Shown: piece by piece, positions 62,640 through 64,000 of the stretch
Position numbering within the stretch: position 1 is the first letter of the stretch
Layout of the letters: the number at the start of each line of letters is the position of its first letter
Assembly: GCA_026770705.1 (NCBI GenBank)
Contig: JANJGN010000017.1
Coordinates: forward strand, 110,050,001 to 110,114,000
DNA from: Isurus oxyrinchus
Taxonomy: Eukaryota
Reading direction: 5' to 3'
DNA length: 64,000 bases
The notes under the pieces: model-generated
What the model was told of the DNA's origin: nothing
The model's input: the letters and a program-made list of their open reading frames with translations, nothing else
Database searches by the model: none
Program-made: the position numbers and the translations under genes

Positions 62640-64000
62640 ATTAATCAAAGAGAGCCAGCATAAATTTGTTAAAGGCAAATCGTGCCTTACTAACTTGATC
62701 GAATTCCTTTATAAGGTTGGTCCGGGTAATGCAGTAGATGTATAGTAGATGGACTTTCAGAAGGCATTTGACAAAGTGACACACAGGAGGCTTATTGAGA
62801 TGGGAAAATGGCAGTATGGATGCAAGATTGATTAGTGACAGGAAGGTAAAGGTGGTGTTTGCATTTTTTTCAGACTGGTTGGTCGTTTGTAGAGGTGTTC
62901 CCTTAAGGTCAGTTTTGGATCCATTACTCCTTTCAATTTCTATAAGTAACCTGGACTTGGGTGTACCAAGCAATATTATGAAGTTTGCAGATGATACAAC
63001 ACTTGGCAAAGTAGTAGATAGTAATGACAATAGTTATAGGCTTCAGGGTAACAATCAGGACGAGGCAATGGGCAGAAACACGGCAGATGGAGTTCGGTGC
63101 AGAAAAGCGCGAAGTTGATACATTTTTGGAAGGTTAATATTGTAACTCAGTATTCTATAAATGGTACCATCTGAACATGTTAAGTCCCACAGAAGCCATT
63201 GTTGCAACCAGTCCCTGATGCCAGTGCAGTGCAGTTCCATTATGAGCTGAGAGACCTTGGTACCGATATAGAGATGACAGGCAAGTTGGTAAAGTGGTTA
63301 AACAAATATCTGAATTAAAAACAAAAACAGAATTGCCTGGAAAAACTCAGCAGGTCTGGCAGCATCGGCGGAGAAGAAAAGAGTTGACGTTTCGAGTCCT
63401 CATGACCCTTCGACAGAACTTCTGTCGAAGTTCTGTCGAAGGGTCATGAGGACTCGAAACGTCAACTCTTTTCTTCTCCGCCGATGCTGCCAGACCTGCT
63501 GAGTTTTTCCAGGTAATTCTGTTTTTGTTTTGGATTTCCAGCATCCGTAGTTTTCTTTGTTTTTAAATATCTGAATTACTCGGGTTTATAAACAGAGGAA
63601 TAAAGTAGATCATGTCAGAACTTTATAAATCACTGGTATGACCTCAGCTGAAGTGTTGTGGACAATCCTGGGCCACACACTTCAGGAAAGATGTAACAGC
63701 CTCAGAAGGATACAGAAGAGGTTTATTGGGATGTTCCCAGGAATGAGGGACTTCAGTTCTGAGGAGAGGTTGGGAAAGTTAGGACTCTTCTCCTTGGAAC
63801 AGAGAAGATTAAGAGGTGACTGAATAGAGGTTTTCGAGATATTGAGAGGTTTTGATAGAATTGATAAAGAGAAAAAAATGTTTCCTCTGGTGAATGGGTC
63901 AGTCACCAGAGGCCATAGATTTAAAATCATTGGGAAAATATCCAGAGGGGAGATGAGGAGAAATGTTTTCAGTCAAAGAGTTGTTGAGATCTGAAATGTT
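62640..64000 (+). mobile_element. Decayed CR1 ORF2 (RT) fragment
   Basis: [39 protein letters not shown] and EERLGKLGLFSLEQRRLRGD, with frameshifts; interrupted by a PLE insertion. Confidence 0.88.
63318..63564. mobile_element. PLE-derived fold-back insertion nested in a CR1 relic
   Basis: 105-bp arms (63318-63422 / 63427-63531, 1 mismatch) plus 33-nt tail. Perfect 14-bp TSD aaatatctgaatta. Same hammerhead-like motif at 63429-63467 (+) and 63382-63420 (-). Confidence 0.8.

Overview
Eukaryotic, intron-rich and repeat-dense genomic DNA. The repeat set (CR1 LINEs with an esterase ORF1, Deu-domain-like SINEs, Penelope-type inverted elements, a 69-bp minisatellite) suggests a cartilaginous fish; this is an inference and no species is assigned. 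Two convergent genes are supported by splice sites and translation. On +, the last three coding exons of DNA polymerase beta (POLB): 13721-13785, 20989-21128 and 38721-38815. On -, three coding exons of a Dickkopf most like DKK4: 59365-59515, 52367-52525 and 43181-43434; its signal-peptide exon 1 was not identified. The tail-to-tail POLB-DKK4 pair matches the human arrangement. Most other listed ORFs are LINE relics or chance frames. Three observations stand out. (1) A young family of Penelope-like fold-back insertions with 11-18 bp TSDs carries a minimal hammerhead-ribozyme motif with a fixed non-canonical core (CUGUNGA). (2) A ~220-bp, ~90% identical inverted repeat sits almost symmetrically around DKK4 exon 3. 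(3) An apparently ORF1-less LINE begins with a tRNA-like Pol III head and shares both ends with a local SINE.
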